DNA from: Bigelowiella natans CCMP2755
Lineage: Eukaryota; Protista; Cercozoa
Assembly: GCA_000320545.1 (NCBI GenBank)
Contig: ADNK01000442.1
Span: 1-61,644 of the forward strand
Direction of reading: 5' to 3'
Length of the DNA stretch: 61,644 nucleotides
The notes below the pieces were generated by a model. That model saw nothing but the letters and a program-made list of their open reading frames with translations. It had not been told where the DNA came from and searched no databases. Shown here one piece after another: positions 1-14,609 of the stretch (its first letter is position 1; every line of letters begins with the position of its first letter). A program made the translations under genes and the position numbers.

Positions 1-458
1 CCCCCCCCAAAAAAAAAAATACCCCTTTTAAGCCGGCAAAACATTTTTTTGGGAGGAAAAACACTTACAAATTCCCCCCCCTCCCCCCCCCCCCCCCCCC
101 GGTTCGGTGGTCATTTCTCTCACTTGAAGTAGCTTCCATGCCCCGCGCAGACAGACATCCCGGTGAAAGCCATATGAAATTGACCGCCTTATTCGATGGA
201 GGGGGGAGTAGGGAGGGGGGGGGGGGGGGACAAAGGCGAAAATGTCAATGTGCATTCGCACTGAAAACTGCATTGATAGCTATAACAAAGGATATATTAC
301 TTCTTTGGGAGACTGCAGTTAATATTCGGTCGGAGATCTGTTGTTTGGCCCTGCTTCCCTCTCCGCCGTACCAAACACTCTTTTGCGCTTGTTCGGAGGT
401 CAAATCATACATCTGTTTGTGAGTATGATCAGTAACGGACCGTACCAGCATTCGCATG

Positions 459-525
<67 letters not shown>

Positions 526-627
526 TCGTATATCAAATAAATAAATATGTATGTATATGTATATAAAATGTATATATTATTTATGTGGTATGCATTAAAT
601 ACATTTATTGTCGCATGCATTTGTGTT

Positions 628-668
<41 letters not shown>

Positions 669-1406
669 ATCTCTGAAAGCTTGTGCGCGTAGTACGTCGA
701 GGATCTTTTGCTGTTCTTCGTCTATGACAACCAAGGCATTTCGCTAACAAATTGTAGCAGCAGCAGCAGCAGCAAAACGACAGTAAGGCTCGAGGTGAAA
801 AGATATTACTAATACCCAAAGACAAAGTAAAAAACACATTAAGCCCTGAAGAAGAGAAAAAGAGTGCTAATCCACGTTGTCGCCCTTGCAAAGAAGGACA
901 CAATTCAGTGCGCACCAGCCTTTGTAGCTTCTCTTCGCTGGTTTCCTCTGAATAGTGTGTGTGTGTGTGTGTGTGTGTGTATGTTGTTCATGTGTGCTTT
1001 TGTCATATTTCTTCACCCATTTCTCTACCTCCCTCCCTCTCCCACAGTCGATCTCAATATATCCTCGATTGAGCGATATGATGCATGCATTATCACTGTC
1101 GCACCTTTTGGAATGAAAGTGGAGCCTCTGCCTTTACTTTCCGCCCCTGACTCCTCTTTTTTGGTATCATTCCTTATGCTCCCAGAGGGAGGGTGGCCTT
1201 GGCCAGATTTTTCCTTCATAACAATCGCCCCAACACATCAATAACAGGACACCGCCGCACAAACATCCCTATTTTCAGGTGCAGCTGCGGCCACGCTATA
1301 TACGTTGACGTTGTCACCTGGCATTCATTTAACTGCGCTCTTAGTTCTTCGATCTAATATTCGATACGTTATATGATGATTTCATGTGAAGTGTGAAGTA
1401 TGTGTG

Positions 1407-1441
<35 letters not shown>

Positions 1442-1443
1442 TG

Positions 1444-1515
<72 letters not shown>

Positions 1516-2412
1516 AAAGAAAGAGGAAGTATATCACAAACATGAGTATACTTCGGATCCCACTCCTGGCCCAAGTTGCAGGTCGCTTTCTGATTTGATA
1601 CTGATTTTTGGAGACACAGGAAGCGACCGGCGTCAAGTGAAAGAAGACGAAGAAAAAGAAGAAGCAATGAGGAGAGAGGAGGGAGGTAGAAATGACACTA
1701 AGTCGGGGTCTGAGTTCCCCAAAAAAACTAAAATATGTATGTGGTGGTGTATTATGTTATCGCTTGGTATACTTCATGGCAGAAGTGGGCCCAAGAGCGT
1801 AAGATGTGTATTCATTTATAAATACGTATTAATCAACATCCACACCAATTGGTGCCAGTGGCTGCGGAGATGGACAGCCCGAGTATTATTCCGACGGTCA
1901 GATAGACAAACGGCAACCCTATCCTTGACGCTAGGGATCTCTCCGCAATACTACCACCATTTTTAAGGGCCTACAAATGTATGCAGCCAGAAATCACATA
2001 ACTGCGGAAGAACCATAACTCTTCTGCGAGGCCCTAACGGTTCGCTATTTACCCTGTGGCCGCCGCCGCCGTGGTCCGAAAGTGAGTCAGAGCTGGTTTG
2101 CAAACAACACGATGGCTCAGAGTCATGTACGCACGCAAGTATCAGAGGTTGATCGGGTTCGAAAACGGCAATTTATGTTCCCGGGGATGACGCATGGCCA
2201 CCACACCCAGAACAAACCCCATCTTCAAAGCTCCCGATCGATCGATCCTTGGATTGAGAACGATGACGTCAAACACCACGTTCAGATCCGAGGGTGAGCA
2301 TTCGATCGGCAGCAGTTCATTCCTACGAGCTTAAGGCAGCAAATCGTGGCAAAGCCTACCTAGCGTGCGAGATGAGCTGGCTCTCATCATCATCGGGCCT
2401 CTCCAATTCCAT
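1..2412 (-). CDS. Multi-exon type II membrane protein, SGNH/GDSL hydrolase-like (3' end lies beyond the window start)
   Basis: Phase-consistent GT-AG exons from ATG 2412: MELERPDDDESQLISHA|SSDSLSDHGGGGHR|ALKNGG..IGLPFVYLTVGIILGLSISAA (TM)..|..RNALVVIDEEQQKILD|MYDLTSEQ..ISDRILTAVSQR|SGQFHMAFTGMSVCAGHGSYF. The last piece resembles SGNH block I (G-x-S-x-x-A-G-H-G). Confidence 0.55.
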
Positions 2413-2656
2413 TCTGGCTGCTCCTCCAAGTAGGATGGAGAGGGGATCGTCTCCGTGGCCGCTGATCAAAAGTGTTCTCGAGTGTTGTCAGAATTGTTGT
2501 CTAAGATTAGCTTTTCCATCGAAGAAACATCTTGGGAGTGAGGAAACGCGTCCCCATAAAAATATCAATGTATTTTGGGCAGAAATTTGAGCTGGATATA
2601 TCTAAAAATATCTCTGATTCTCTTTTCCAGCAACAGCGCAATCGGAAGCAGCAGCC

Positions 2657-4811
2657 ATGAGGGGATCCGAAGCCTCCCCCCCCTCGCCGCCTGCCCGCCC
2701 TCCGCCACACGCTTCAAACTTCATTCCCTATTTGGTACTTTTTGGAATTTTTTCACATTTCGTTGTGATGAGCGGGAATGAGCGTGGTCACGATCATTCT
2801 TGGGACGAGGGTTGCTTGCAGGCAAAAGCACCGTTACGAAGTATTACGAGGCGCTCAACGACGATGCGGCAGGAGAGAACAAAGTGGTTCCAGCCAAACC
2901 ACGCACGATCTGCTGCGTCAAGCCCAATAGTCATGGCGGTCGCGTGGGGGGATGCTGGGGAAGGGGCTCGTCGGATACAGACATCCTCGAGAATGCGAAG
3001 AAAGTACCCTACTTTTCGAGTGAGCAGCAGCAGAAGAAGCTACCCCTCGCCCCCCGCCTCGTCGTCTTCCCCTGACAACACCCAGATTTCCTCCTCTTCT
3101 ATCGATCAGCGAAAGAATCCCTCCCTCTACGACGAAATTCAGCCTGGTGGGATTGGGAGTGCACCGCAGCGCGTGGAAACAGCAGAAGGCGGGGGGCAAG
3201 AAGAAGAAGAAGTAGAAAAGGGGCTTCGAAGGAGACCGCCGGAGGTGTTAGCCCCGGCAGGAGGGTGGGACCAGATGAAAGCAGCTGTCCAGGCGGGTGC
3301 AGACGCTGTGTACTTTGGTCTCGATTCGCTAAACGCAAGAGCAAGAGCGCACAATTTTGCCGTAAATGAGCTCGACGAGGTGAAGTCCCAACAACCATAA
3401 GCAACCATAATTATCATCAGTATCATCATCATCACCACCATCACCACCACCTCCTCCTCTCTATTGTCTTCTTTTAATCGAGAAGTAGCACGTTACTCTG
3501 CACTCGTTTCTTCGCATCGCTGCCCGGCGAGAAAATGGAAGTCAGTTTTCCTCCCAAACTTCATTATATTCTGTCCTTATTAAGGTAATGGAGTTTCTAC
3601 ATGAGAGAGGGGTGAAGGGATACGTCACGCTCAACGTGCTGGTCTTCGACAATGAGCTGGACAAGGCGGAGCACATGATTCGGTAGTTGGAAGAAATGAA
3701 TATTGTACAGCATAAATTGCTTTTTGAAGTATAAGTGACAAGAAAACATCATTTTCTTGAGAAGATTATTCCTTCCACCCCCCCCCCCCAGTTTGGCCTA
3801 TATCTGCTACGTATTTATATTTCCTTTGAATAGCAGCCTTTGAGTGACAATGAAATACGCTTATGATCGTTTTCTTCTCCTAGTGGCATGGCTAAAGCGG
3901 GGGTGGACGCTGTCATCGTGCAGGATCTCGGCATCGTAGAGCTCATCCGCAAATGTGATCATTATAATCTAAGAGTGCCAGTGCATAAGACGACACGAAG
4001 AGAACCATGCATGATAAAACCCGCCATCTTGCATTCATACATCTCCCCGCTTCTCCAGGTGCCCCGCATCTACCCGTGCACGGTAGCACCCAGATGAGCA
4101 TCACCAGCGCGCAGGGGGCTGAATTCGCACACTCCCTCGGAGCCGAACGCGTGGTCGTTGGCCGAGAACTCAGCGTAAAGGAAATCGCCTCGGTCTGACC
4201 TGAAGGAAGGACAGCAACTCCATGATATGCGCCCTTTTCTTCTTCTTCCTCTTCTTCTTCTGTCTTCAACCTTTGCTTGCGCTGTCAGAAGAACGACGGA
4301 TGCTATGCATATATTTGGTTACTGCTATGATTGTTAAATCCTGCCTGTGTGTCCTACCGCCCCTCCCATCCCCCCCCCCTTTCCCCTTTAGATAAGTCGC
4401 TCAACTAAGGCTGAGGTCGAGTGTTTCGTGCATGGTAATGTAAAGCATATGAGTGTCAATTTTGGTAGTAGCGACAGTGCTAGGTTGGTGATTGACCATA
4501 TCTTAACGGAAGACGTCCCAGATGATGATGATGATGATGATGATAGTGATGATGAGAATGATGTCTCCCATTCCTCCTTCGAGAGTGTATTTTTTTGGGT
4601 AGACGATGAGATGTTCATCCGAGGCTGATGTGGTTACTCATCAGCATTCCATTGTGTGCTGCCTTTTCCATCCTCGTCGTCCCTTTCCTCGTCGTTCGTC
4701 GCCGTCTCTCTGTCTTTCTCTCTCGTAGGAGCAATTTGCGTATCTTACTCGGGACAATGCTTCAGTTCAGAGGCGTGGGGAGGTAAGCGTGGACCGCACC
4801 CACATAACGAT

Positions 4812-4870
<59 letters not shown>

Positions 4871-4917
4871 TCATAAATATAAACACAAAATATGCATGAG
4901 CCATATGTAAGTTATAA

Positions 4918-4962
<45 letters not shown>

Positions 4963-5272
4963 TACAGGACGGTCCGCGAATCGAGGGCAATGCGCTCAGG
5001 GGTTGCATATTATCCATGCAATATGTATACTTTTCGCATGCATATGAAATAGTTTTATACTTGTCGCCACCTCCGCTACCCCCTCCGTGGCTGCCAACAG
5101 TGTCATATCATCATCATCACCACAACATGAGTGTCGATCTTCCAAACATTCTTCAGATGCCGAATGCCATACGGGTTGCTCGTGAACGGCACACTACGAG
5201 ATTTGGGCGATATTAAGTACCTGCTAAGTCCACAGGATATGATGGCCATCAACCAGGTTATACACACATATA

Positions 5273-5312
<40 letters not shown>

Positions 5313-5734
5313 GATACTTTACTACTCCATCCGCGTCCTTCCCCCTCCCCCCTCTAACCCAACCATCGACCGTCCAGGTTCCAGGGCTGGTAAAGGCGGG
5401 GGTTCACTGCTTTAAAATAGAAGGTATTCACAGTACCGAATATAGTGACTCGAAAATACATGTAAACAGTGCAATACTGCCACCACAGCAACGTCCATCT
5501 TCAACATACCCCCCCACCCCTCTTTTTAGGGAGGCTCAAAGGGCCCGCATACGTCGCTATTACGACGCAGGTTAGTCTTTCATTGTGGTTGCTGCTGCTG
5601 CTGTTGCAGCACAATATTAATCATAATAAGCATCATCTCCCCGGAATATATAGCGAATAAAAGGTTGGGGAGCTGTCATGCACGCGTGCGTATTATGTGT
5701 GTCGTGTGCGCCATCATGACTATCATCGTCATCG

Positions 5735-5766
<32 letters not shown>

Positions 5767-7439
5767 GTCGTCAAATAGAGGCAAATGATGTGTGGATGAA
5801 AGGACCTTGACAATGCTGTTGTCCCAGCACCGTCGGGATGGGGGCGCGCTTCTATAACACGATTTTGCTTGCTTTTTCTCTCCAACGAATTCATATAGAT
5901 GTACCGAAAAGCAGTCGATCATGCCTGGAGCGACATGCTCGCAGGTGCTCTTCAAGTCTCCCCTTCCTGTTTCTTTTCTTTCCTTCATCATCATCATCTT
6001 CTTCTATTTAATCCCCTCTTCCCTACTAAGTTGTTTACTCCTACCTACTACCTCTTTCATCCAAAATGGTAGGAGAAGGAGGAGGAGGAGGAGGAGGCCA
6101 GGGAGCTACGGAAGGATCCAATGAATTGCTTTCGTAAGATTGAAAAGATGGAAATGTCTTTTCGTGCGTGTGCATGTGTGTAACATCATCATCACCATCA
6201 TCATCATCATCAGGGAGGTGGATCTTGTAGACTTGTCCCAGGTCTTCGCACGAGGTCAGGACGGCGAGCATAAGGGACTTACTCCGGGCTTTCTGGAAGG
6301 GCCGAAACACCAGCGGTGTTGTTTGTTGTCCGTTGTTACGATTCTTATCATCATCATCATCTTCTTCTTCTTCTTCTTCTTCTTTTCCTTCTTCCTCTTC
6401 TTCTCGTCCTCCTCCCTCTTGTCTGTGAGTACTCACTCACCCTCCTTCTGCCCCCCCCCTCTTCTACCCAAACGTAGGCTAGTGAGAGGGCGTTCGCCAC
6501 GTCACAGAGGAGTTTACGTTGGGGTAGGAACAAATAGCAGGAGCATAGCAGCATAGCCGTGGCGGTCTGCAACCAAACACAGAAAGAAAGAAAGTTTCGA
6601 TTAAGAGAGGAAAGGGGAGAAGACAGGAAGGGAGAGGCCTTCATGACTTGGAAGATGTGGGAGATAAGAGGACGGAAAGCATTGTTGTCGGTGAAATAAC
6701 CTAAAAGCTAAATCCTCCTCTATCTCCCTGCCTCCCTTCCCTCCCTGCCTGCAGAGAGTGACGCATGTTCGCAAAGACCAGCAGCAACGGGGAGGGGGTA
6801 TTTACGTGGAGCTGGAAGCCAATGCTGTTCAGCTAAAGAGGGGCGATGGCGTCGCCTTCGACAGAGGACTTCCTGAAGAATCGGTCCAATTACACAACAA
6901 TAACAACAGCAGCAACAACAACAACAACACTATTACCCGATGATATGACAGCGATGGCGACGCATACTACTCGTGAAATCACAACTATTACTCTTAGATC
7001 ATCGCAGCAGCAGCAGGAGACAACAACAACAACCAAAATATATTCCAAACTCGATGCCTCTTCTTCTCTTGACCGTGCTTCACTTTACCGCCTCGCCAAG
7101 GGACTTTGTTACTTGTTTATCTTATACTTCTCCCTCCCTTCTCTTTCTCTGCTGCAATAGGAGGAGGGAGGGCTGGTGTATGAGATATTCGACAGCGACG
7201 GCCATCCCCTTGTGCAAGTGAATAAAACACAAGGCAGGCAGCAGTTTCCTTTTTTTTTTACTAATTTATATAAATATATAAATAAATATATATATATATA
7301 TATATATACATATATCATATTCGCCTAATTATGATAATGTGTTTTTTATGAGAGGACTCTTTCCCATTCCGGAGATATTCTTTTGAGATCCCTTCCGCTA
7401 TAAATACTACCGCTGCTGCTGTGTGTCGCTACCACTAAT

Positions 7440-7475
<36 letters not shown>

Positions 7476-8458
7476 CACCACTGCTACTGCTTACAAATAC
7501 TACGTCCTACGCTAAACCAGGGATCGTAAGTTTGGCATTTAAGAGCAACCAGATCGACCTGAGCAAAGTGCGAAAAGGGAACCTTGTGTGGCGCACTTCT
7601 GACAAGGACTTAGAACAAAGGTCTAATACCTCCCTCCTCTTCCTAAGTAGTAGTACCAACCAGCCGGTAAGGGCGTGAGGGCGGGGGAGAGAGAGAGGAA
7701 GAGAGAGGTGTGGCGAGTACGGAAGCTAGTAAGAAAGCATCTACAGAGAGAAGGGACACGCTGCTGCAGCAAAGAGGAGGAAGAGGAGGTGGAGGAGGGT
7801 TGTTGTTCAATTCACGTGTGTAAGCTTTGCTTGTGGTGGCGGTGGTGGTGGTGGTGTTGTCGTTCCGGTTCTTGTTATTGGTCTACAATAGGCTGGATCG
7901 AATGCTCAGGCAGCAGGAGCAACAAGTCGCCAGTCCGGTGTCCATTTCTATCTCCGGGAAACTCCACGAGCCAATACGCATACACATCGAAGACCAGCAT
8001 GGGAACAGGTGATATGGGGGTGATAAAACAACAACTACAACAACAACAACAACAACAACATTAACAAGAAGCAATAGTGGCTCGTAGCAGCTTCTTTAAA
8101 GGTTGCAGAGGTGTTGCGAGTGTTCCCCCCCCCCCCCCCCCCCCTCTCTCTCTCTCCCTCCATATTTTAAAAAGAAAGCGCAAAAACGAGCGACAAGCTA
8201 TTATTTCTTTTGTGCTCCCACATTTGCAATGCGCCACACAGCTATCATCATCATCATCATCATCTACAACAACAACAACAACAACAGCAACACTCCTATT
8301 ATTACATTAGCGGTGTGGGTTATTCGGAGGGCGTGCTGGAGCCCGCACAGAAGAAGGTTCCCCCGACTCAATAATGCTTATATAGACGCAAACTGAATTC
8401 AATTTAATGCTCATACCCATGATTCCTTGCGGACGCGCGCACACACCCTCACACATAG

Positions 8459-8493
<35 letters not shown>

Positions 8494-10162
8494 TTTGTGT
8501 GTGTGTGTGTGTTTTTACAGTTACAAATTAACATATTGAATGTATATGCACTTCACAGGCGTTAACTCCAGAGAGCGTCATCAGTACCGTGGGAGGACTA
8601 GGTTTCGAAACGACCGGAAAACACCCCGATGCATCGAGCGCATACATGATGCAACAACAGTTCCGACTCTATCCAACCACACTGAGCAGCCACAGGCGCA
8701 CCCCGGGCGCTGTTCTTCTGCTTTCCTCGATTTCTTTTGATTTTTGTATCTCCCGTCGCCTTTTCCCGCTCCAATCTACTCACGAAGATGTGTGTTTCTA
8801 TCCCCCCCCTATCCGTCCACCATACCGACAGGCAACACGGTGTTCCGGGTAGACTCCTACGATACGTCGCGGTGAGTGAGTGATTGAATGATCCCAGCAA
8901 AAACCAACACTACGCATCGTTCCCCTCTATTGCTGTGTACACACCGCCAGCCATTGGTGTTATTTTCCATGACAAGGCCCACAGTTTGCATCATCATCAT
9001 CATCATCATCATCATCGGTGCATTCGCACGCACTTTGCCGTCCCATTGATGGTTTCTGCCACAATTGCACACTAACCAGCCTACCTTCCGGTCTCTTCCT
9101 CCCCGCCTCGCAAATAAAAACTGCACGCCGCGAGGCTATTGATGACTTGAAGGCTGAAAGAGTGAAGGTGGCGAGGGGGGGGGGAGAGGGTGCAGAGAAT
9201 TAGTAGTCACAAATGGTGGGTGGTAGTAGTAGTAGTAGTAGTTGTTGTTGTTGTTCTTGTTGTATTGGTAGGGTGATGAATTGATTATTCTCTTAACTTG
9301 GTCCATAATCCTCTGTGCGACAGGTGAGTACGTTCAAAGGAGTCGAGGAACGTGCCACCCTCCCTCTTCTCCTCAAAGCAGCGCGAGGTAGCAGCGAGAC
9401 GGAGGGGGGAGGTCTAGCTGCGGCAACGTCACCAATGACGGAGCAGACGAGGAAGCCAGACGGAAAGCAGCGGCCAAAGCTCTCGTTGCTGTGCCGCACG
9501 CATGCACAGGTTTATTATTTCGATGTAACTACGAATGCAACCCCCTCCATTCCGTCAAGCCTATAGATGTGTCATCATCCCTACATCAAAAACGCGTTTT
9601 TGCGTGAGCAGAGTGGTGGTGGTGGTGGTGATGGTGATGATGATGACGATGAAGATGAAAAGCATTGGAGGGTGCCTGGAGAATGGTGAATATCCTCTTA
9701 TCCCTCACGCTATCCTATTGCAGGTACTAGCAGCCATGGATGTAGAGTGGCTCGACGAGGTCATCTTGGACTTCCTGGAGGTAGTAGTAGTAGCAGTAGC
9801 AGCAGCAGTAGTAGTAGTAGTAGTAGAAACTAGACGCCGCAGCGACGTGCTATTATTCTAGAGAGAGGATCTCTCGTTTCTTCTCTTCTTATCCCCCCCC
9901 CCTCTCTCTCTACACTGGGCATCACTGCGACGTAATGCACAGGTGCATGGACTGAAAGAAGCGTGCGCTAGTGTCCGAAAGGCCGGAAAGCGCCTTATCG
10001 TCGCCACACCCCGCATCTTAAAGCCCGACGAGGACAGAATTTGGAGGTTCTATCTGAACCTAGAAGCTGATGCCCTCCTCATCAGGAGCGCGGGTCTTTT
10101 ACACCATTTCCTAGAGATGGGGGGGGGAGGAGCTTACGTTGAGGTAAAACTATCCTAAAGTG

Positions 10163-10204
<42 letters not shown>

Positions 10205-10450
10205 CTTTCTCTCTCCCTCATATCGTTATGTTGTATTCCTTTGCCTCGCTTTGCAGGACCTAAAGAAGAAGATCCCGCTGCTGCACGGCGACTTTTCCCT
10301 CAACGCTGCGAATACGATATCAGCCGCTCTCTTCTTAGACCGAGGTTTCCGCTCCTATATGTATCTTACCTAATGAATAAATAAACGCTGCTACATGAGA
10401 TATATCAAGATGGGGAGGGCACAAACAAGCGCTATCCTACCACAAGCACT

Positions 10451-10491
<41 letters not shown>

Positions 10492-10671
10492 TTATACATA
10501 TGATAGATCCATCATATGCACATATTTCTTCCTCCTCCTCCTTCTATTATTTTCCTTATTATCCTTATCCTTAGGCCTCGAACGGCTGTGTCCTACGCAT
10601 GACGTGAATGCAGATCAGCTCGTAGCTCTCGCTCGCTCTATGGGAAGGTAGTAGTTGGTAGTGCTGCACTA

Positions 10672-10702
<31 letters not shown>

Positions 10703-11342
10703 ATGAAATGGTGGGATATAATGATGAAGAAGAAGAAGATGATGATGATAATGATGATGATAGCGCTGCCAGTGAGAGGGTTGAGGATGCTTGACGGCTG
10801 CTGTACACGCGTTGCACACTAGCCAAATGAATAGTGGACGTATGAATGCGTGCATGGCACATATATCTGCTGCCTATACAGTTCCAAGGCGGAGAGGCTC
10901 GAGGCTATCATCCATCAACACCTTCCCGTCTTTCACACCGAACATTGCGTCTTCTGCCGCTTTCTAAGTACGGGCAACGACTACAAGGTGCTGTGGCTGC
11001 ATTTGCTACCGCGAGTTGTTCCTGTGGCTTCGTCCCTCTTTGTGTGGAATACATAATAATAATCTTAATAATGAGGAGAAAGGGGGAGGGAAGATGAGAA
11101 GGAGGGACGAAAAAATTGTTACCAAAAAAACCGCCCTCCTGCATTTCTACGAAGACTTTTCTTTCTGAAATATTTCATACATCATCATCACTATGATCAT
11201 CATTGTTATCAACATCAATATCATCATCATCATCATCATACACCAGGACTGCGGACACCCTTGTGAGAAAAACCAGCTCCATCTGCGCGACCAAGAAGGC
11301 CAAGACCACCTCGTTCTTGCTGACATGGGATGTCGGAACACG

Positions 11343-11378
<36 letters not shown>

Positions 11379-11876
11379 TGAGGAGGATGACGAGGAGGAG
11401 TAGTACGATTTCCATGTTGAGAGGGAGAGGGGAGGGTGTGGTTTGTCTATGCGCCTTTGTGCTCATACAGGTCCGTCGATGTCATGGTTTCTCAGGTATT
11501 CAATGCAAAAGCTCAGTCGGGCGCCAGTTTCCTCCCTGCGCTTGCAGCGGCTGGATTTTCTCGATTCCGAATTGAATTGGTGGACGAGCCGGCCGAGCAA
11601 GTGCAGCCTATCTTACAGCGCTACAGAGACGTCCTTGAGGGAGAGATGCCACACCAGGAATTGTGGAAGTGGCTCCATAGTATTCCCGACGCAAATGGTC
11701 TGGCACAGGGCGTCACCAAGGGCTCCCTCGAGCCGAAGGCAGAACGAAAGCGCGAGGACCTCAAGCCAACCTCGCACCACGCAAAGAACAACAATAGCGG
11801 TAGGGATAGCGGTGGAGGTAGAAGAAATAGTAAACGTAGTAAGAATAAAACTAGTGGCAGCAAGGTGAAATCTTAG
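2657..11876 (+). CDS. rlhA: Peptidase U32 family Fe-S protein, RlhA/YdcP type (U32 + DUF3656 + second degenerate U32), about 30 exons, with bipartite N-terminal presequence
   Basis: Spliced motifs PEVLAPAG, GADAVYFG, NARARAHNF, GVDAVIVQDLG, HGSTQMSI, VVVGRELS, FVHGAICVSYSGQCFSS, RSANRGQCAQGCRMPY, YLLSPQD, FKIEGRLKGPAYV; C-terminal GDFSLN, FHTEHCVFC, CGHPCE, CRNTVFNA. About 30 phase-consistent exons; stop TAG at 11876. Confidence 0.9.
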
Positions 11877-12144
11877 TCTTTACATCAGCAATGATAACAA
11901 TGACAAATGTAAATTATTGCGCAAAAGCGCTCCAAGTTGTGCTTGTATGAAAAGTTACATAAAACTCAGCACTATGAGATGCTGTGTTGCTCACGTGATT
12001 ATTGTACGCATGTATGGCACGTATGTGTTTATTATATGTGCACGATTCCGATTTTTCCATATGAATAGCGCGCACTTGAGATTTCAGTGTAGTCCAGATA
12101 AAAACCTCTAGACTTCCTATAGCTAATTATGCAACGATGTGCTA

Positions 12145-12247
12145 TGAGACGGATGTGATGAAGAATCAAATTTTTTCAATGGTCATCCTGATGTAGCTGT
12201 GCAATGCAGCGGCTACAGCGCTAATGTTGCATCTGTTGGTTTCTGCC
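12145..12247 (+). repeat. Solo copy of the dispersed repeat that forms the ends of the 25.2-25.7 kb element
   Basis: tgagacggatg..ttcaatggtcatcctgatgtagctgtgcaatgcagcggctacagcgctaatgttgcatctgttgg matches the reverse complement of about 25600-25708, and its first half matches 25212-25266. Confidence 0.8.
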
Positions 12248-13067
12248 ACAATGTGTTTCATGCATTTGAAAGCGTCCTCATGCGACCGATGTTGCCGCGC
12301 ACTGCGCGCAGCAGTTCTGGATTCAATTTCAGCCTTTGTCAACCGGTTCGTGTCGTCGTTGCGATTCATGATCGCGCGCATTTGATTGCGCAATCTGATT
12401 TGTTCTCGACCATGCATTGGACATTCCAGGAGATGACGCTATCTATAGCTATGTGCATAACATTCATGAGGGCTTGTGTGTATATCTAGGTAGCGCCTTA
12501 ATGAATGCACAATTCTCTAGTTGTGTTTGTCTAGTTATGTTCCTGCCACGATGCACGTGCTGCGTGTACACTTAACACATATCTAGATATGCAGTCCCAC
12601 TTACGTACAAAAGGACTAAACATTTGTTGAATGGCGCGCGAGAGAGAAAAACTCCATCCAACTGTGCGCAATCTGCACCGATGCACGCTAGCACGTCTAG
12701 ACGTATGCTTGCGCTGTGCGCACGATCGACGTCAGTATGTGTATGTGCGCTTTGGCCTCACAACTTCAACATCAGGTACATCTAGTTTGTCAATTAACAC
12801 TAATGTACTCACGTTACATTTAGACAGGGACAATATGACGACAGACAGTCACTAGGTATACATGTAGAGTATAAACATTGCGGTGTGGGGTATGGCAGCC
12901 GACATGATAATTTGTACGCTGCCAACCTACTTTGTTGATGTGACGGTGAGAGATGACTAGATGGCTGTCATTCGGCATCGTTGCCCCCAATACTTCGATT
13001 CCGTGACTTTAATACCCATCACTCTCTCACATAATGTAACAGTGAATTACTGCTGGGTTGTCGTATC

Positions 13068-14575
13068 TCAGGGCAAGGGGAATTTAAATCCGACGAGGTC
13101 GCCGTACTTACTTCCAGCTCCACCTCTCCCGCCTCCTCCATCACCCTCCTGCTGCAGCTTTCGTAACAGTCTCGACTGTTTGTGGGCGTGGATTTTCTTG
13201 TGCTGCAGGTAACCGCTGAAACGGAAGCGAACCTCGCAGAACAAGGGGTTTACGCACGTCACTACGGCCGGAATCCATTGATGGGAGAACCTAAGCTCGC
13301 AGAGCTCCCCAGTTGCGGTTGGAACAAAAGAACGATTGCCGCCGTCAGCAGCAGCCGCAATGTCCCCCCCCCCTTCCTTGAGATCCTGACGACGATGGTG
13401 ATGATGATTCCCATCTGACGGCAGGGGTCCGGTGGTCTGTTGAATGGGAGCACTGGGTGACGACGGAATCTTGTCCGTTTTTGTATGAGGCCTGCTGCTT
13501 TCCTCCGCCATCTTCGTTCTCATTTCCAGCAGATGCGAAGGATTCGGTGCGGACGAGGAAACTCTGTGGCCAAGACCAGTCGTAGTAGTGGTCGTCGTCG
13601 TAGTCGTTATTGGAGACGCCATCGTCTTCGCGAGCGCTACTCCTGAGTTGCTGCCCGCACGATGATGGTGATGATGATGACGATGATGATGATGATGATG
13701 GGGGGGGGGATTGTGGTGAGGAGAGGCGTTTGCCGGCCCTCTTTTCGTCGTCCTTTCAGCAGCATTTGTGTCTGCTGCACGCTGCGCGGAATGTAATGAG
13801 GATGAGGACAGGCCTCCTGCGGTGGAGAGATTGCCATGGCGAGGAAGAGCTGGCCCCCCGCTGTGAGGGGTAGATCGAGGAGGAGGTAGATGAGTTCTCT
13901 TGCTGTCGTAGGAGGAGGAAGAGGATCCACCACTATGAGACGAAGGCGTCACCATTTCACCTGATGCCACAGCTGCTTCGGTCTTGCTGTAATGGCGACC
14001 ACCGCTTTCTCCTCCTCCTCCTGCTGCTGCTGCTGCTGTCGATGTTGATGTTGATGTGATCCTGGTGAGATCACCACGTGCCCCCTCCGTTGGAGCATCA
14101 GATGCGGTAGGCTCAGATACGGTGTGGCTCGCTGTGGTGGGGGAAGCATGTTGGAGATGACGATGTCGTATCCGCAGTTTTTGGTCGCCAAGAGATGAAT
14201 AGTTGCTGGGCGGCTTCTTCACATCACCACCTTGACTATCATCTCGGTGGGTCAAGGATACGGCTGCTGCCGCGGCAGCAGCTGTAGCTATCGTGTCGGC
14301 GCCGAGATTAGTCTCAGCCCTCGCAGTGAGTCTTGTCTGCATGCGTTTCATCTCATCAATCTCGTTCTGGAGCTGCGATATTCGGTTCGAGATGATACGA
14401 TTCACGATCTGCTGGTACTGAACCCAGAAAATCTCATTGCTGTTGCTGTTGCTGCTGTTGCTGCTACCTTTATTTGCTGCCACCGCTGCTGATGACCCTA
14501 GGCTGGAGCCCCTGCTTTTCTCGTCCACTCTCCTTCCCGTCAACGTAGACGATGATGCCTTGGCCTGGACAGAAA

Positions 14576-14609
<34 letters not shown>

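Noticed and set aside
1215-1320. Minus-strand reading ..AVSCY*CVGAIVMKEK with an in-frame TGA, suggesting selenocysteine
   Set aside because: A phase-0 acceptor just before EKSGQG joins the previous exon directly, so the TGA is intronic. No SECIS evidence.
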